Shown: positions 24,241 to 37,789, numbered from the stretch's first letter. The stretch: 64,000 nucleotides of DNA from Camelus dromedarius (GCF_036321535.1 NC_087436.1:20338001-20402000), one strand, 5' to 3'. The notes: a model not told the origin generated them from the sequence alone. A program made the numbers and translations.

Positions 24241-25639
24241 TCCAACCTGGATATCATGGAAACACATTTTTTTCCTTTAAAAGGGTTCAAAGTACTATCA
24301 CATACATGATATAGGGTGTTGCTTTTTATAAACAGGCTTTGCATTTTCAGCAACAACTTTCTGAAGAAAGAGCTAATGGTTCAAAAGGTAGAGATGATCC
24401 AAGTCACTTGATTATGGAAAAGTCTATTATTATTTCCACCCACCCTTTGCCTTAAAAGAAATCTTTGTGCAAACGATCTAGTGAGTTAAGAGTTTCCTTC
24501 CGGCTTTCAGCAGAACATTGGTTTCACTTGGAAGACAATGTGGTCTAGTGGCGAGACGAAACAAAGATCTTGGAGCCAGCTGATTCCAACACAGTGGACG
24601 AGAGGCTAGCCACAGAGTCACCATCACTGAGACCCTGGGCAAATCCCTTGACCTCCGAGGCCTCCGTCAAATCCATGCCAACAAAGTGAAATGTGTTAGA
24701 GTAGGGTTCACTTTTCCAGAGAGTAAAGCATTTTTTTCTGGGGACTAAAGCAGCTTGAGAATTTTTTTTTTTAACTATCTTTCAGCAAAATGAACTTTGG
24801 AAATTGTGGCCAAAAATGAGACTATGCCATTGCTTCACATCAAAATCCAAATATCAGAATCACTGAGGTGACAGCTCCTCACAGCCTTCATTGCCAGAGG
24901 TTTGGTTTACGCTTCCATTCTGCCAAGCAGATCTGTAAATTCTGATGTCTGAAATGTTGACTCAGAAAAAAATTAATGTAAAGGATTTCTTACGTACATG
25001 AGAGAACCCCCTTTCGCGCTCCAACTTTTACCATGTGTGGGAGAGAGGGTGGTCTCTATTTTGCTTAGGACCTCACATTGAGCTTCATAACATTTTTAAG
25101 ATTTTTGTTCTAAAACTAGCTAATCCAAGGCAAAGACCTGTTAGGAAAAAGCAAGAGGACAGAACGTAGTCAGAATATAGGCAGAATGTGGCCTCAGGAT
25201 GTTCAGTTTCTGTATTGATTTCTCCTGTATTCTAGGCCCCAAATAACATTTGGATCAGATTTTAAATCCATCAAGCTGTCAAAACATACACGTATGCATG
25301 CAATATCTCAAAAATCTCCACAACAGATCCCCAAGGATCTAATGCCATCTAAAGGCAGCTGTGGCAAATTGCAAAAAAAAAAAAAAAAAAAAAAAATTAA
25401 CATTAAAAGTTTTCACTCTGGATACAAACATAAATGAGATGTTCTTGGCTTAATATATTCCTATATTGATTTTATATAATACTGATTAAGGTCAATGAAG
25501 TTTTTCTCCAAAAATTCAGCATAAGCAAAATTAAAATCCAAACAACTAATCAAGATGGAAAAAATGTGTGTGTGTGTGCCTGTATGTGTTCAGCATTACA
25601 ATGAATCAAATAAATAGAATTAAAACTACATAAGGAAAA

Positions 25640-25770
25640 GGGAGAGGGTATAGCTCAAACAGTAGAGCACATGTTTAGCATGCATGAGGTCCTGGGTTCA
25701 ATTCCCTGTACCTCCTCTAAAGGTATATAAATAAATAAACCTAATTATGCCCACCCTCAAAAAAAAAAAA
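25640..25770 (+). mobile_element. camelid-type tRNA-Ala SINE
   Basis: GAGGGTATAGCTCAAAC...TTAGCATGCATGAGGTCCTGGGTTCAATTCCC; TSD AAAA(C/G)TACATA(A/G)GGAAAAG at 25622-25640 and 25769-25787. Confidence 0.9.
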
Positions 25771-25810
25771 AAGTACATAGGGAAAAGTCTTTTTAAATTT
25801 TAATGCCGGA

Positions 25811-26243
25811 TAGCCAAAAGGTGGAAGCAACTCAAGTGTCCATTGACAGATGAATGAATAAACAAAATATGGTACATAAAAAGGAAGGAAACTCTGACAC
25901 GAGCTACAACATGGATGAATCTTGAGAACATTATGCAAAGTGAAATAAGCCAGACACAAAAGAGCAACTGTTATATCATTCTACGTATATGACACACGTG
26001 GATTATGGACATACAAATTCATAGACTTAGAAAGTAGAATGGTGGTTGCTAGCGACTGAGGAGAGGGGAGAGAGGGAGTTTTTGTCTCATGGATATGTAG
26101 TTTCAGTTTAGGAAGATGAAAAAGTTTTGGAAATGAATGGTGGTGATGGTTGCTTAACAATCTGAATGTACACAATGCCACAGAACTGTACACTTAAAAA
26201 TGGTTAAATGGTCAATAACATAATATGTGTATTTCACCACAAT
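25811..26243 (+). mobile_element. L1MB-type 3' end
   Basis: 'tagccaaaaggtggaagcaactcaagtgtccattgacagatgaatg...gaactgtacacttaaaaatggttaa'. Confidence 0.85.
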
Positions 26244-27301
26244 AGAAGAACATTCAGTGCTGATGTAAGAAGGATGAGATGCATTAACACACTGTTAATG
26301 GAAGTAAATAGTGATGTAATATTTCTGGAAAATAATGTGACAATATGTAGCAAGAAATTCTTAAATGTTGATTTATTAGTTCTATATCTGAGACTTCATC
26401 CAAAATATATATAACAGAGATATATTCAAAGAATTATGTACAAGGATGATCATCAAAGCCTTATTTATAACAGAGAAAAATAAAAAAATAACTTACAAAT
26501 CCTGTAACAGAAGAATAGATAAATAAATTATGGAGGACCACCCATATAGATTGGTGGTTGCAGTTATAACCACATTTATGAAGAATTCTTAATGACATGC
26601 AGAATTAAATGGAAAAGGGAAGATTCTTGTTTATTTTTGTTTGTATGTTTTTACAAACATTCAGTTATAAGCATGTCTCACTGTTAATTGGAAAAAAAGT
26701 GTGTGTAAACAATTTGTGATGATGAAAAAGTTGAATTAATTCTCTATTTGAAATACATTATGAGGTTATTGTATTTAAGTAAAGCCTCAGAATAACTCAT
26801 GTCATATTAATGCTAATGACCAAAACTCTATTCTGTTTTAACTTAATGAGAAATCTATTGAGAATGTCTAAGAATGTTTAAGGCTTTTGTTGAGACATAA
26901 TTAACCCTTTATTTCACAGAAAAAATTATTTGGATATTCAAATTTGTTAAAAATTCACATCATATCTACCACTATGAGAATAGTGACAGGTCCTTGATAG
27001 ATTAAATAAATTATATCCGAAATGACCATCCCTCTTCAGCCACCATTGGATTTCACTTGAACTTAAATGACACAATGCAACTTTTAGATGAACAGAATGT
27101 TTGTTCTGATACAATAAAAATAAGCAGTTGCTTCCGTGCCAAAGATGATGTTTAGAAATATTGATTGCTTTGTTCAATTCAATAAATATTTACTAAGTAC
27201 AGTCTAGGTATTAGAGATACAGCAGAAAACAAAAACAGACAAAAATCCTGCCTTCAGAGAATTTACAATCTAGCGAGGAAGGGAGCAAACAAGACAAATA
27301 A

Positions 27302-27303
27302 GT

Positions 27304-27355
<52 letters not shown>

Positions 27356-27842
27356 GAATATTACTCAGCCATACAAAAGAATGAAATAATGCCATTTGCA
27401 GCAACATGGATGGACCTAGAGATCATACTGAGTGAAGTAAGTCAGACAGAGAAAGACAAACATCATATGATATCACTTGTATGTGGAATCTAAAAAAAAA
27501 TGATAACAAATTCTATTTACAAACCAAAAACAGACTCAAGGACATAGAAAACAAACTATGGTTACCAAAGAGGACAGTGTGGGGAGGGGTAAATTAGGGG
27601 TTGGAGATTAATGGACACATATTACTATATATAAAATAGATTATCAACAAGGACTTACAATATAACACAGGGAACTATATTCAATTTCTTGTGATAACAT
27701 ATATTGGAAAAGAATCTGAAAAGAATATATATATGTATATGTATGTATATGTGTAACTGAATCACTTTGCTGTATACCTGAAACTGATATTGTAAAGCAA
27801 CTGCACTTCAATAAAAAATTTAAAACCAATAATTCAATCAAT
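27302..27842 (+). mobile_element. L1 3' end (artiodactyl-type)
   Basis: 'aatggaatattactcagccatacaaaagaatgaaataatgccatttgcagcaacatggatggacctagag' to 'ctgcacttcaataaaaaa'; probable TSD AAATAAGT. Confidence 0.9.
27306..27350 (+). repeat. (CA)n microsatellite
   Basis: directly visible. Confidence 0.95.
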
Positions 27843-28879
27843 AAATAAGTAAAATGTAGTGTATGCTAGTTAAGTGCTATAGAGAAAAATAAAACAGAAA
27901 AAGAATAGAGAGTGCTGGACAGGAACAAGTAGGATGTTGAGGGAAGGTGACCTCTGAGGAGATATGAAGGAATAGAGGGAGTGAGCCATGCATTTGGGTA
28001 TCTGGGTAAAAGGGGAAGGGCATTCCAGACACATGCAAAGGCCCTGAGGCAGGAGAGCACCCAAGTTTGAGGAAGAACAGCACGGACGCCATTGAGCCTG
28101 GACCCCAAAGAGCCAGAAGGAAAATCAGAGACTTCAGAGAGGTGGGAAAAGTAGGCATTCCTATAGGGCTTCCTTGGAGATCATCATAAGGACTTTGACT
28201 TTTACTGGACAAAAATGCCCATGACGGCTAGAAACATAAATAACTATTTTATTTTTTACAAACTAAAGACATTTGATAGCATTATCTATATTAGCCTGTG
28301 TTTTCAGACTTTATGAACATCCTGAAATGAGATGGGAAGTTGTTTGGTGGGTCATTTGGATGACACACCTCAGCTCCCTGTGTCCCATCATTCCCCAGGT
28401 TAGTGCAGAGACAGTCCCACCCTGAAGGCAAAGGAACCAGACAGCAAGTGGAACCATGCATGCACTTTTTCAAGCCTCTGCTTGTAAACAGCCCTTTGAT
28501 CAAAATAAGTCACATGGTTAAAAGCTGTATAAAGTTCTAAGGCAGGAAGAGCCATCCAGAATAGGAAGGTGTCGCCAACATTACAGGGCATGGATATAGG
28601 AAAGGATGAAGAAGTGGGGCCGATAATGAACACAGCCCCTGGTTGGGAGGGGGATCCTGCAGGTCCTTCTCCTTTCTGAGCTTGATGGGAGCCTAAGGAG
28701 CTGCACTAGAGAACACTGATGCCAGCATCTAAAACCCATAGTTCCTATGGAAAGTGTGGTTGCCAAAGATAGGTAGAACCCTGGGAAGAAGGTCAATATA
28801 CAGAGGTCCAGCATCCAGGGAGAGGATGAATAAACAGCATACTCAGAACAATTCCTTATTCAAAGAGAACTGCTGGAGG

Positions 28880-29560
28880 AGAAGTAAAAATATAATGAAA
28901 ACTCTAAGAGAGTTTCATGAACAGCACAGATGGGCTAGGAATTCAGCATACTAATACAAAGAGAAAATGTTTAAAGACCCAAATTATTGGTCTGAAGGTC
29001 AAGTAAAAGAGATCTCAAAGCATAGAACAAAAATACAAAGGGATGGAAAGCATTAAGGAAGTGATAAGGAAGACAGGTCCCAAAGACCCAACATATGAAA
29101 AACAGGCATTCTATAGGGCAACAGAAAGAAACAATGGGAAAAAAGGGAGTAGTTAAACCTCACGAAGAAAAATTTCCTTGAGCTATAGAAAGACATGCAA
29201 ACTGAAAGGGCTCACTGAATCCCAGATGGCTTTAATAAGGAAAGATACATTCCTAGGCATATTCTGGTAAACTTGAAACTCCAAGGATTTTTAAGACAAT
29301 CATAAATGCTTCCAGTCAGAAAAAGATTTTCCTTCCAAAGGAAGAAAGACAAACTGCTATCTGGCTTCAAATCTGTGATATCAGAAGCTAGAAATTAGTG
29401 GAATAACATCTCTCTATTACTATAAAAAGAACTGAAACTCTTGAGGTAAATTTACATAGATTTAAAAAAAAATTGGCCAACTGGGAAAGAAAGTTGTAAT
29501 CAGAGATTCTGAGAATCTGAGATCACCCCTGTATTCAATCTGAGAAAAACACTTGAGAAA
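28880..29560 (+). mobile_element. ancient L1/HAL1 ORF1-region fragment
   Basis: 'gaagaaaaatttccttgagcta...actgaaagggctcactgaatccc...cctaggcatattctggtaaa' corresponds to the L1 ORF1 ENFP and PRHI motifs, decayed. Confidence 0.6.
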
Positions 29561-30629
29561 TAACTCTGTGGTTAGAGTTATGCAAATCAGAACAGAGGGA
29601 AATCAATAGGCAAGTCAATATGCAAATCAGAACAGAGGCCTCAAGATGGGTGTTGAGAAAACAAAGAAAAATGACCATGTAGCACACACAGAGAGTTGCA
29701 GTTACAGGGGAAGAATCATGGAACCAGAAGTCTCAGGAGTACAGATCCTCCCATGGCCCATACTTCTGGGGCAGTGCAGAGACTTCTGGTTGAATCAGCT
29801 TTGGAGAAGGACCCCCACCCTTGGGCTATGAGACTTTCAAGCTGCATTATTAGGGATCAGCCCTTTACCCAACCACTGGGCATGATCAGAACCTGGGAAA
29901 ATCTAGCTGTGTGAAATTTGGTTCTAGCTCTACCCTGTTAGTTCAGCATTGTCCCCTTATCTCCTGACATGCAATGGGCAGTGGGATCTAAGCCTTGAAG
30001 TTCTATGATGTGATGAGCTGGTTGCATGACTCAGCCCTTTAAACAGTCACAGCTGGAGGAGCACCAGTCCACTCCTTGGTGTGATCAGGATGGAAGAATC
30101 TGGGTCCAACACTTGTCATTGGCCAGAGCCTTTATGCATTAAGCTATAATCAGTTTCAATGAAACTTTGCAGGAAGCCAACTCTTCTTTCTGGAAGACCA
30201 TTCTGCAAGGGGATCTGTCTCATACAAGTTATTCCTTGCCTCTTAGTGCCCCCCAACAATTTTGATCCCCACGTTTGCTTCATTCTACAACACTGTTTCA
30301 ATCATTGGGGCAGTGAGAAGGTCATTTGTGAGAACAACCTGAGAGGCACACATGATTCAGTGTGGAATATAAAATAAGGCTGGCATCTGTGGCTGCAGTT
30401 CAGGGGTAGAGAAAGAGCTAAACAGGACCTATGATCTTTCCTCAAGTCTTCCGATGACAGAGCTTCCCAAGTTTGCTGGAGAGAAGAACAGCCGTCTTGC
30501 ATGACTTAATTACCAATCTTTCCTGCCTTGCAGCTATTGCTTCTCAGCCCATGACCAGAGTCAGATGCCATCATGCCCCAGGGAGAGAACAGCAAAGTAT
30601 GATCCAGCACTAACATAAAACAACCCAAT

Positions 30630-31658
30630 AAAGGCTGGACTAGTATGGACCAAAGGTTGTAGTCATCCAACTAGGTAAAAAATACCAAACAATCAAGGTG
30701 CTGGATGAGAACAAGAGGATTATCAAATGGGTGGTGAAGGAAGTAATAAACATAACCCTTGACCCTTGGTTACAGAAATAGTGATCATAGCAGCCACGTC
30801 TTTTAAAAAAAATACACACTCACCCGCATAAGATATATACATAATCTGTATATATGTACATACATACATCAGACTTTTCTTTGTCTTTCTGATTTTTTCC
30901 CTTTCTCTTCCCCACTACACTGAATGAGAATTGGTAGTGCTTAATTTTACAGTTAAGTTGATGGGTTACCAGGACCACAAGGAGCCACATCCAAGCGGGA
31001 TTGCATATCACCTGGAGAACCTTGAGATGGACACAATGGCTAGTAGGACTTTGTGTCTCCTGAAGCTGTCAGTGTCTTTGCATGATGGATAGTGGCCTCA
31101 TGCTAGGCAGAATCACGAAGTTGCTCTTGAGCTGGTCCAAGGGTAAGAATGGATGCTGAGTACAAAAAAGGCTACCCTCTGGAATCCATTCTCTGCCCTT
31201 CCTGTGCTCTACTCAACTCTACATCAGAGGGAACTAATCTCCCGGTTCTTCCTTTCCCTGGTTTCCAGGTAGGTCAACCCATGAGAGCTACTGGCAGAAG
31301 ATTGGAGAGAAGATGGGAGAAGGTAAATTATTTATAACTCCATCTCAGGCAGCACCTGCAGAAGTGTTGTGTCACATTCCGGGTTTCATTTCTGTCAGGT
31401 AGCCCATCCTGTCCCAATTCTGCTCAGGCCCATTTTCTAGAGTTTGGTAAGTCTGCCTCCTTCGCTTGTCTTCCTGACCTAAGGTGGTTGTAGCATCCTG
31501 TGTGCTCATTCCTGGGTTGCCTCCAATGTCTTATGCCCACCTTCTCAGTTTTCCCATCATTTGTTTGTGATTGAAACATATCATCCTCTGAAATAAAATC
31601 CCCTCTGTGAAAGACCCTGAGTGGTTTCTGTTTTCTTGCCTGGACTTTGATAGAAACA
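30630..31658 (+). mobile_element. ERVL/MaLR internal 3' segment followed by an ERVL LTR
   Basis: 'aaggttgtagtcatccaactaggtaaaaaatacc...aaatgggtggtgaaggaag' resembles the ERVL-int 3' end; LTR33-like segment from ~31170 with AAATAAAA, ending 'gactttgatagaaaca'. Confidence 0.55.
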
Positions 31659-33059
31659 GTATATTTATTTCATTATAAACTACCTTAAGCTCTTTGGGAT
31701 GTGAATAGGAGTTTAAAAAAGATATTAATATCATCTAAATACTTGAAAATGGACTGCAGTAATCTTCTCCAAAAGTTACAGTTATTCTTTTTATAAAATG
31801 TAAAAAAAAAAAAAAGCTTCATCTTTTTGTAAACAGCAAAGTTCTTTAATGTAGAAGATGTTATTATTTACAGGAATATTTTAATATTGTTGAGTGTTTT
31901 TCTTGACATACAGCAAAGAAATGACCTTTTAAATTTCAGTCTTTTGATTTACACAATGAATGTAGATGATCTTTTGAAGAAAGAAAGTTCACAAATTTAC
32001 CCAAAGAAGTCTTCCCAAGTTTTGCATTTGGCCAATCCTTCAATATATCCATCCAGGCATTTTCTTTTTTTCTCTTTAAAACTGTATGTGAAGCTGCAAA
32101 TAATCCAGATGTTACTGACTTGTTTATATTTAAGTAATCAGCATTGTTTGGCGTAAAATATTTGGAGCCCTATGGTGCTTTTCAAATATCTTTATCCTTT
32201 GAAGACCGAAGTTGAGCACTTCCAATGCTAAGTGAAACTTGAACTACACAAGACTCAATTCCAGCGAACCTAAGAAGTTTTAAATTTGCACAGGCCCAAA
32301 GCCCCCTGATGTTTTCACGTCTGCCTCTTGATACCAAGCCAACAAGGAAGAATTTTTTTTTTTTAATGGTTAATCCCACCCTCACTGAAAGTTCCTATTT
32401 ATTCACAAATTATATTTAATGACACGATTTTGATCAGATGGCTTCAACATTACGCTGCCTTGGCATACAAGAATGCAGCCGACATATTTAGCCTCTATTC
32501 TGGAACAGCGTTTTTTTTTTTTTTTTTTAACTGATCATATGAGGTAAGCAGTTGCCAAATAATTCCTATACATTTATTTTTCTACTTACCCAATTTTAGT
32601 GAGTTGATGTACAGCCAAAAGTCTTTGAAGAATTTAAGCATATTGAAAGAAGAAAAGACCAACAGGGTGGTGGAGTGATTAAACACAAGCTTTTTAGTCA
32701 GTAACGCTTGGGTGTGCATTGTAGCTGTGTTACATCAATGTCCTCCTCTGTAACATTAAGACAAGAAGGGTCTCCATCTTCTGGAGTTGTGAAAATTAGA
32801 TGAGAACATGTATGTGATGGGCTGAGTGTACCGCCTGGCCCACAGCATATGTTCAGTTAGCTATTACTATTTTAATACATTTTCCAGAACATACGTTTTT
32901 CACGTTAGAAAATCTTTTTATACAAGATTAAAGGCAGAGATGTTATGACAGTCCTGAATATGCAGGTAGAACCAACGAGATTGTGTGGGTCAGTGAACAG
33001 TTTTGTTTACCTGTGTATCTATGTGTGTATATATATATATAGAGAGAGAGAGAGTTTGC

Positions 33060-33650
33060 TTTCATTTTAAGTTTATCTATTTTTCAAATAGTACATTTAC
33101 ATGGTTCAAATTCCAAGTTTCTAAAAGGTACACAGTGAAAGGACTCCCTCCCACCCCTGTATCCCGGTCACCGAGTCCCACTCCTCATGAGGAAACCAAC
33201 GTTAGCACCTTCTGGCAAATCCATCCAAAGATGTGTTATATACACACAAACAACATACAAACAAATCAATATGCATGTTACCCCTCCTGGGGACACAAAC
33301 AGTAGCACATTGTACACTGTAGTTGCTATTTTTGCCCCATAGCATATCTTGCAGTTCATTCTATATCAATATGGTTGCACAGTATTTCATACTTTATTTT
33401 AACCAGTGCCCCATTAATAGAAATGTAAGCTGTTTCCAGGCTTTAACTGTCACAAAAAATGTCACTATGAATACCCTCATGTATGTGTTATTTAGCACAT
33501 ATGTATATGCTATAGGTATCTGTAGGATAAATTCCCAGAAGACCTGCTTATGCATAAATGAATATACATAACTGTAATTTTGATGATGATTTGCAAATTG
33601 TTCCCCATAGAGGTTACACCATTTTATATACCAACTTGCAATGTATCTGG
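33060..33650 (-). mobile_element. old L1ME-type fragment
   Basis: 'tacatttacatggttcaaattcc...aaaaggtacacagtgaaag' and 'tatctgtaggataaattcccagaa...ttgcaaattgttccccatagaggttacacc'. Confidence 0.65.
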
Positions 33651-35906
33651 ACATTTCAAAATCTATTTTCATTATATACTAATAATATTCCCCAATAAAT
33701 TAAAACTAAAAAAGTAAAAAATTTTAAAGTCAATTTTCAGAACTAGGAAAAGACCAAAGGTTCACCTAACTCAGCAGTCCACAAGTCTACTCATACTTTG
33801 AGTTTGACATCCTTTTTTTAGTGATAAGCTCCAGGCAGAAGCATATCTCAGAGAGATTTCTTTTTGTCTCCATGGTGACACTTACATACTTAGAAGCTTC
33901 AAATTATTGTTCCTAGGTTACAACAGTAAAAACTCAGGATTAAAACATTCTGCCCACTCCATGTTTTAAGTAGGAAAGAGATAAGAAAAATCCACATAGG
34001 AAAACAGTGGTGCACAAATGGCTTCATGCACCCAGGGATTGTTGAATTTAGGCACTTTCTTAGTGTCTATTGGGGGGGAGTGTTTTTCTGCTCTCTGAGG
34101 CTCTCTTCAGTGTTGCCCTCCAGCTTTTGAGAAAGAGACTAGCTTGTTTTCTTTACTGGAGAACATGGAGAGAGGGTAGCAAGGGAGTAGGGAAGTTATG
34201 GATTTGCCATTAATTTTCAGCCCCTCTGAGCAGAAAAGTTTTCTATTTTCTGGTGTGGCCCTTGATGACTTAAATGCATTTGAATTTCTTTCTAGCTTCT
34301 AAGAGTAAAGATTGTAATAAAAAGTGTTTTCCAAGGACAAAAATGTGTCTGATCGTCTGACTTTCTTTTTCATTTCAGTAGCAATCAAAAAAAGAATTCA
34401 ATGGAGCTACTGGAACATCTCACAGGGTGGAAGTAAACACATGTACAATTTCTTAGTGTTACTAGTCACAGGAAACTAAGATGTCTTTTAAAAGCATCAG
34501 AAAGGTAAGTAAGTGTGTGTTCTTGTCACTTGGGATCCATATGTGAAAATCTGCCCATTTGCAGAAAGATTTGGATTGGATGTGTTTGTTTGCAACACTG
34601 AGCCGTCCCCTTGTGAATGTCTGCCCATCTGCAGATTAACTGTCTTCTGCATGTGGGCCAAACCATAGGAATGTATTTAAAACAAAAAGCTTCTAAGGGT
34701 ATAAGCTTTCACTAGAATTTCCTTTCACAGTGTTGATTCTAAACTCAAATTCCTCATTAAATGAGGCCTGATTTAATTGGTCCAGCTTTATGGTGCTTTT
34801 CACAGTGCAACTTTTATCCTTGTTGCTTCTTTATTGGTACAAAATTAGTCTGAATTCTGGATGACTTGTAAGTTCAGTTAAATGAGAGAGAAAAATAAAA
34901 GCAAAACTTAGTCTATTGTGTGATAATAACACAGATCAGTTCTTTGCTGTACTTGAGAACAAAAACTTGACTGATGTAACAAATGTTTTGCTTTTCTCAT
35001 ATCTGTTTTGACATCGTAAATAGAGCTACTGAAACATTTTCTGACTGCAAATAGTCAATACAGAGCCACCAATCTTTTCAAGCTTTTCTCCAGGAACAGA
35101 TGTAGAGCTGAAATGTGAACTATAGCAAATGAATTGCAATTACTTTATTTACTTCAACAATAGTTCTTCATCAAAAAAAAAAAAAAAAAAAAAAAACCTA
35201 GCAATAAAAACTCCAGCTAGTACATTTGTATGGATAATTGCTCAAAGTAGCTTAGGAAAAAAGAAAATTAGTTGAATCAACTAACCAAAAAAACCCCTTT
35301 AAAATTAAAAGTAATTTTGACTTATGACTTAAACTCTAAAAAGCCCACATCTAAAGATGCAGTAATTATTGAGAAAATGCTGCTCTGTGTATCGCTTCTT
35401 AATCAATGTGTAAACTTTATTTGATAGAAAAATTGAAATGGTCTCCTTCTATATATGAAGAAAAAATTAAACAAAAATAAGAGAAGGCAATTGGATCAGG
35501 AGATATTAAGACTAAACCGACTAGAGGCCTGTTTATATGTATCTTATTTATATTTTTCTCAGAAAATAAAACTAGCTTTAAACGGTCACTGGTTTTATTT
35601 CAAGACTGTGATCAGGGCCTCTCTTTACCGCAAAACAGAGCAACATCAAAGGCAAATCAGCTGATGAGACCACGTTCCTAGCACTGCCCCCTCCCCATTG
35701 TGTGCACGCCATTAAACACGCAGGCAAGAGAATCCCTGATGTGAGGAGATTCAGAACTTTTAGAGGAAATAAAAAGATATCTTTATGATGCCCAGTGTTT
35801 AGTAGTAATTATTTGGTACCTGAGGCTCCACCGAAGCCATTATTCTTCCCAAACCATTTCCTATAGCTAAAGGTAGAAGTATACACAACATACCTTCAGA
35901 GGCCTT

Positions 35907-35907
<1 letters not shown>

Positions 35908-35938
<31 letters not shown>

Positions 35939-35988
35939 GCATTTTTTTTTTTATCGAGTTATAGTCATTTTACAATGTTGTGTCAAAT
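35908..35988 (-). mobile_element. extremely truncated young L1 3' end
   Basis: (TTTA)n/poly-T plus 'atcgagttatagtcattttacaatgttgtgtcaaat'; TSD AGAGG(C/T)CTTT. Confidence 0.7.
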
Positions 35989-36218
35989 AGAGGTCTTTCT
36001 TTTAAAATGTAGTGCATGTACATTCCAGGTGAAGCTGCATAGCATAGTGGATGAAGCATGGAGTCGGTTAAGCCTCGGTTCAAATTCTGTCGAGGTAATT
36101 TAACTTCAGTATTCTCGTAGTTAAAATGGAAATAATAATACTTCCTAGTGTTACAATTAAATAAGATAATGTAACAAAACGTTGTTTCTTAACTATAATA
36201 GAGCCTTCATAGAGGCTA

Positions 36219-36686
36219 ACACACTGCATTTGTCTTTCTCTGTCTGACTTATCTCACGGACGTGATACCCCCAGGTCCATCCACGTTGCTGCAAATGGCA
36301 AAATTTCATTTGATAGCAAATACTATATGTTATCACTTACATGTGGAATCTAAAAAATAAAACAAACTGGCAAATATAATAAAAAAGAAACAAACTCACA
36401 GATACGGAGAATAAACTGGAGGTTTCCAGTGGGGAGAGGGGTAAGGGGAGAGCCAAGATAGAGATAGGGGATTAAGACTTACAAACTACTATGTATAAAA
36501 TAAATAAATTACAAGGATATATGGTACAGCAAGGAATATAGCCAATATTTTATAATAACTATAAATGGAGTATAATCAATAAAAATTTTGAATCACTATG
36601 TTGTACACCTGAAACTAAAGTAATATTGCAAATCAACATCTCAGTAAAATAAATATGAATCTTAAAAGTATAGATTTTAAAAATAA
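36219..36686 (+). mobile_element. L1 3' end with 5' inversion
   Basis: inverted segment 36219-36310, forward segment from ~36317 to the A-rich end; TSD ATAGAGGCTA. Confidence 0.85.
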
Positions 36687-37789
36687 ATAGAGGCTATTAT
36701 TACAGTGTGCTATCTGAACATTTCCTAGACAACATTTACTGTAATATATAGTTAAACAAGACTGCAAACAGGAAACAGATAACCACACTTACAGCCCCAG
36801 AGAATTCCCAGCCATCAGTTAATCAGAAACCATGTGCATGACACTGTAAAAGATGTGAAGATGACCATCTAATGTATATACACAAATAGCCTTATGAACT
36901 ATTAGCTAAATGTTAAGTTATACCATACGGGCAGTTAGGGCAAAAATTATAAAGTAGCAAATGGTTAGCATAGATAAAATACACTGAAGGAATTGAATAC
37001 AAGTAATAATGTAGTCCAGGGTCTTCAGGATAGATAACACTTTAGAATTCTTAATTATGAGTGATGGAAACCTAAGTCAAAGTAGCTTAGTTAAAAAAGG
37101 AATTGGTTGGTTCAAATAACTAAACTATGGGAAAGGCTTGGGCACACTTGTGCCTCTGATAATGCAAAACCCAAGCACTCTAACTCCAACAAATTTTGTC
37201 CTCTTTCCTCCTATTGTTGCCTTTTCCCCATATATCAACTTCATTTTCTTAGATTGAGTTTTTCACAAGGCTGGACCCATAGTTCCCACTAGCTCCCAAT
37301 TTACATCTTCCCAGCTTGGCCAGAGAGGAAATGACTTGCTTCTGTAACTTCTAATTCAGAAAAATCCTAAGCAACGTCTCTGGCTTGTGTTCTGAGCCCA
37401 GTCCTCTAACAGGGTGTGTTATTGGCAGCTTCCATTAGAATCACACATTTAGAAGAGTGGGTGGGGATAGGAGAGGAACAGATGCCCCCAAAGAAATGAC
37501 TGCGTTTTCCAAAGTGAGAGGGCTGCGGTGCAGGACAGACAAAACAATTGATGTGCAACACTAAAGCTGAGGCCTAAAAGCTGAATGAGTCTTTAATTGT
37601 CTCATTGAAGCAGGACAAAGGCTTAAAGTCTACACTAACATGAATCAAGCCTTTTAAACACTTCACTTCCCCCTCTAATATACATTTATGTTGTGATTCA
37701 TGAGCATCCCTAGTCTAGAATATGCTTGATCTTTACTTAGCTTTGTATTGGTAGCAGATGGAATGAGGTAAAATACAGCCAATCAGTAT

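Larger units (their letters stand above)
27170..28210 (-). mobile_element. L2 3' end split by a younger L1 insertion
   Basis: 'ttcaataaatatttactaagtac...ccttcagagaatttacaatctag' continues after 27845 with 'aagtgctatagagaaaaataaaacag...gcaaaggccctgaggcagga'. Confidence 0.7.

Noticed and set aside
25001..25057. Short hairpin resembling a pre-miRNA
   Set aside because: Only ~15 imperfect base pairs with a large loop; too weak without expression data
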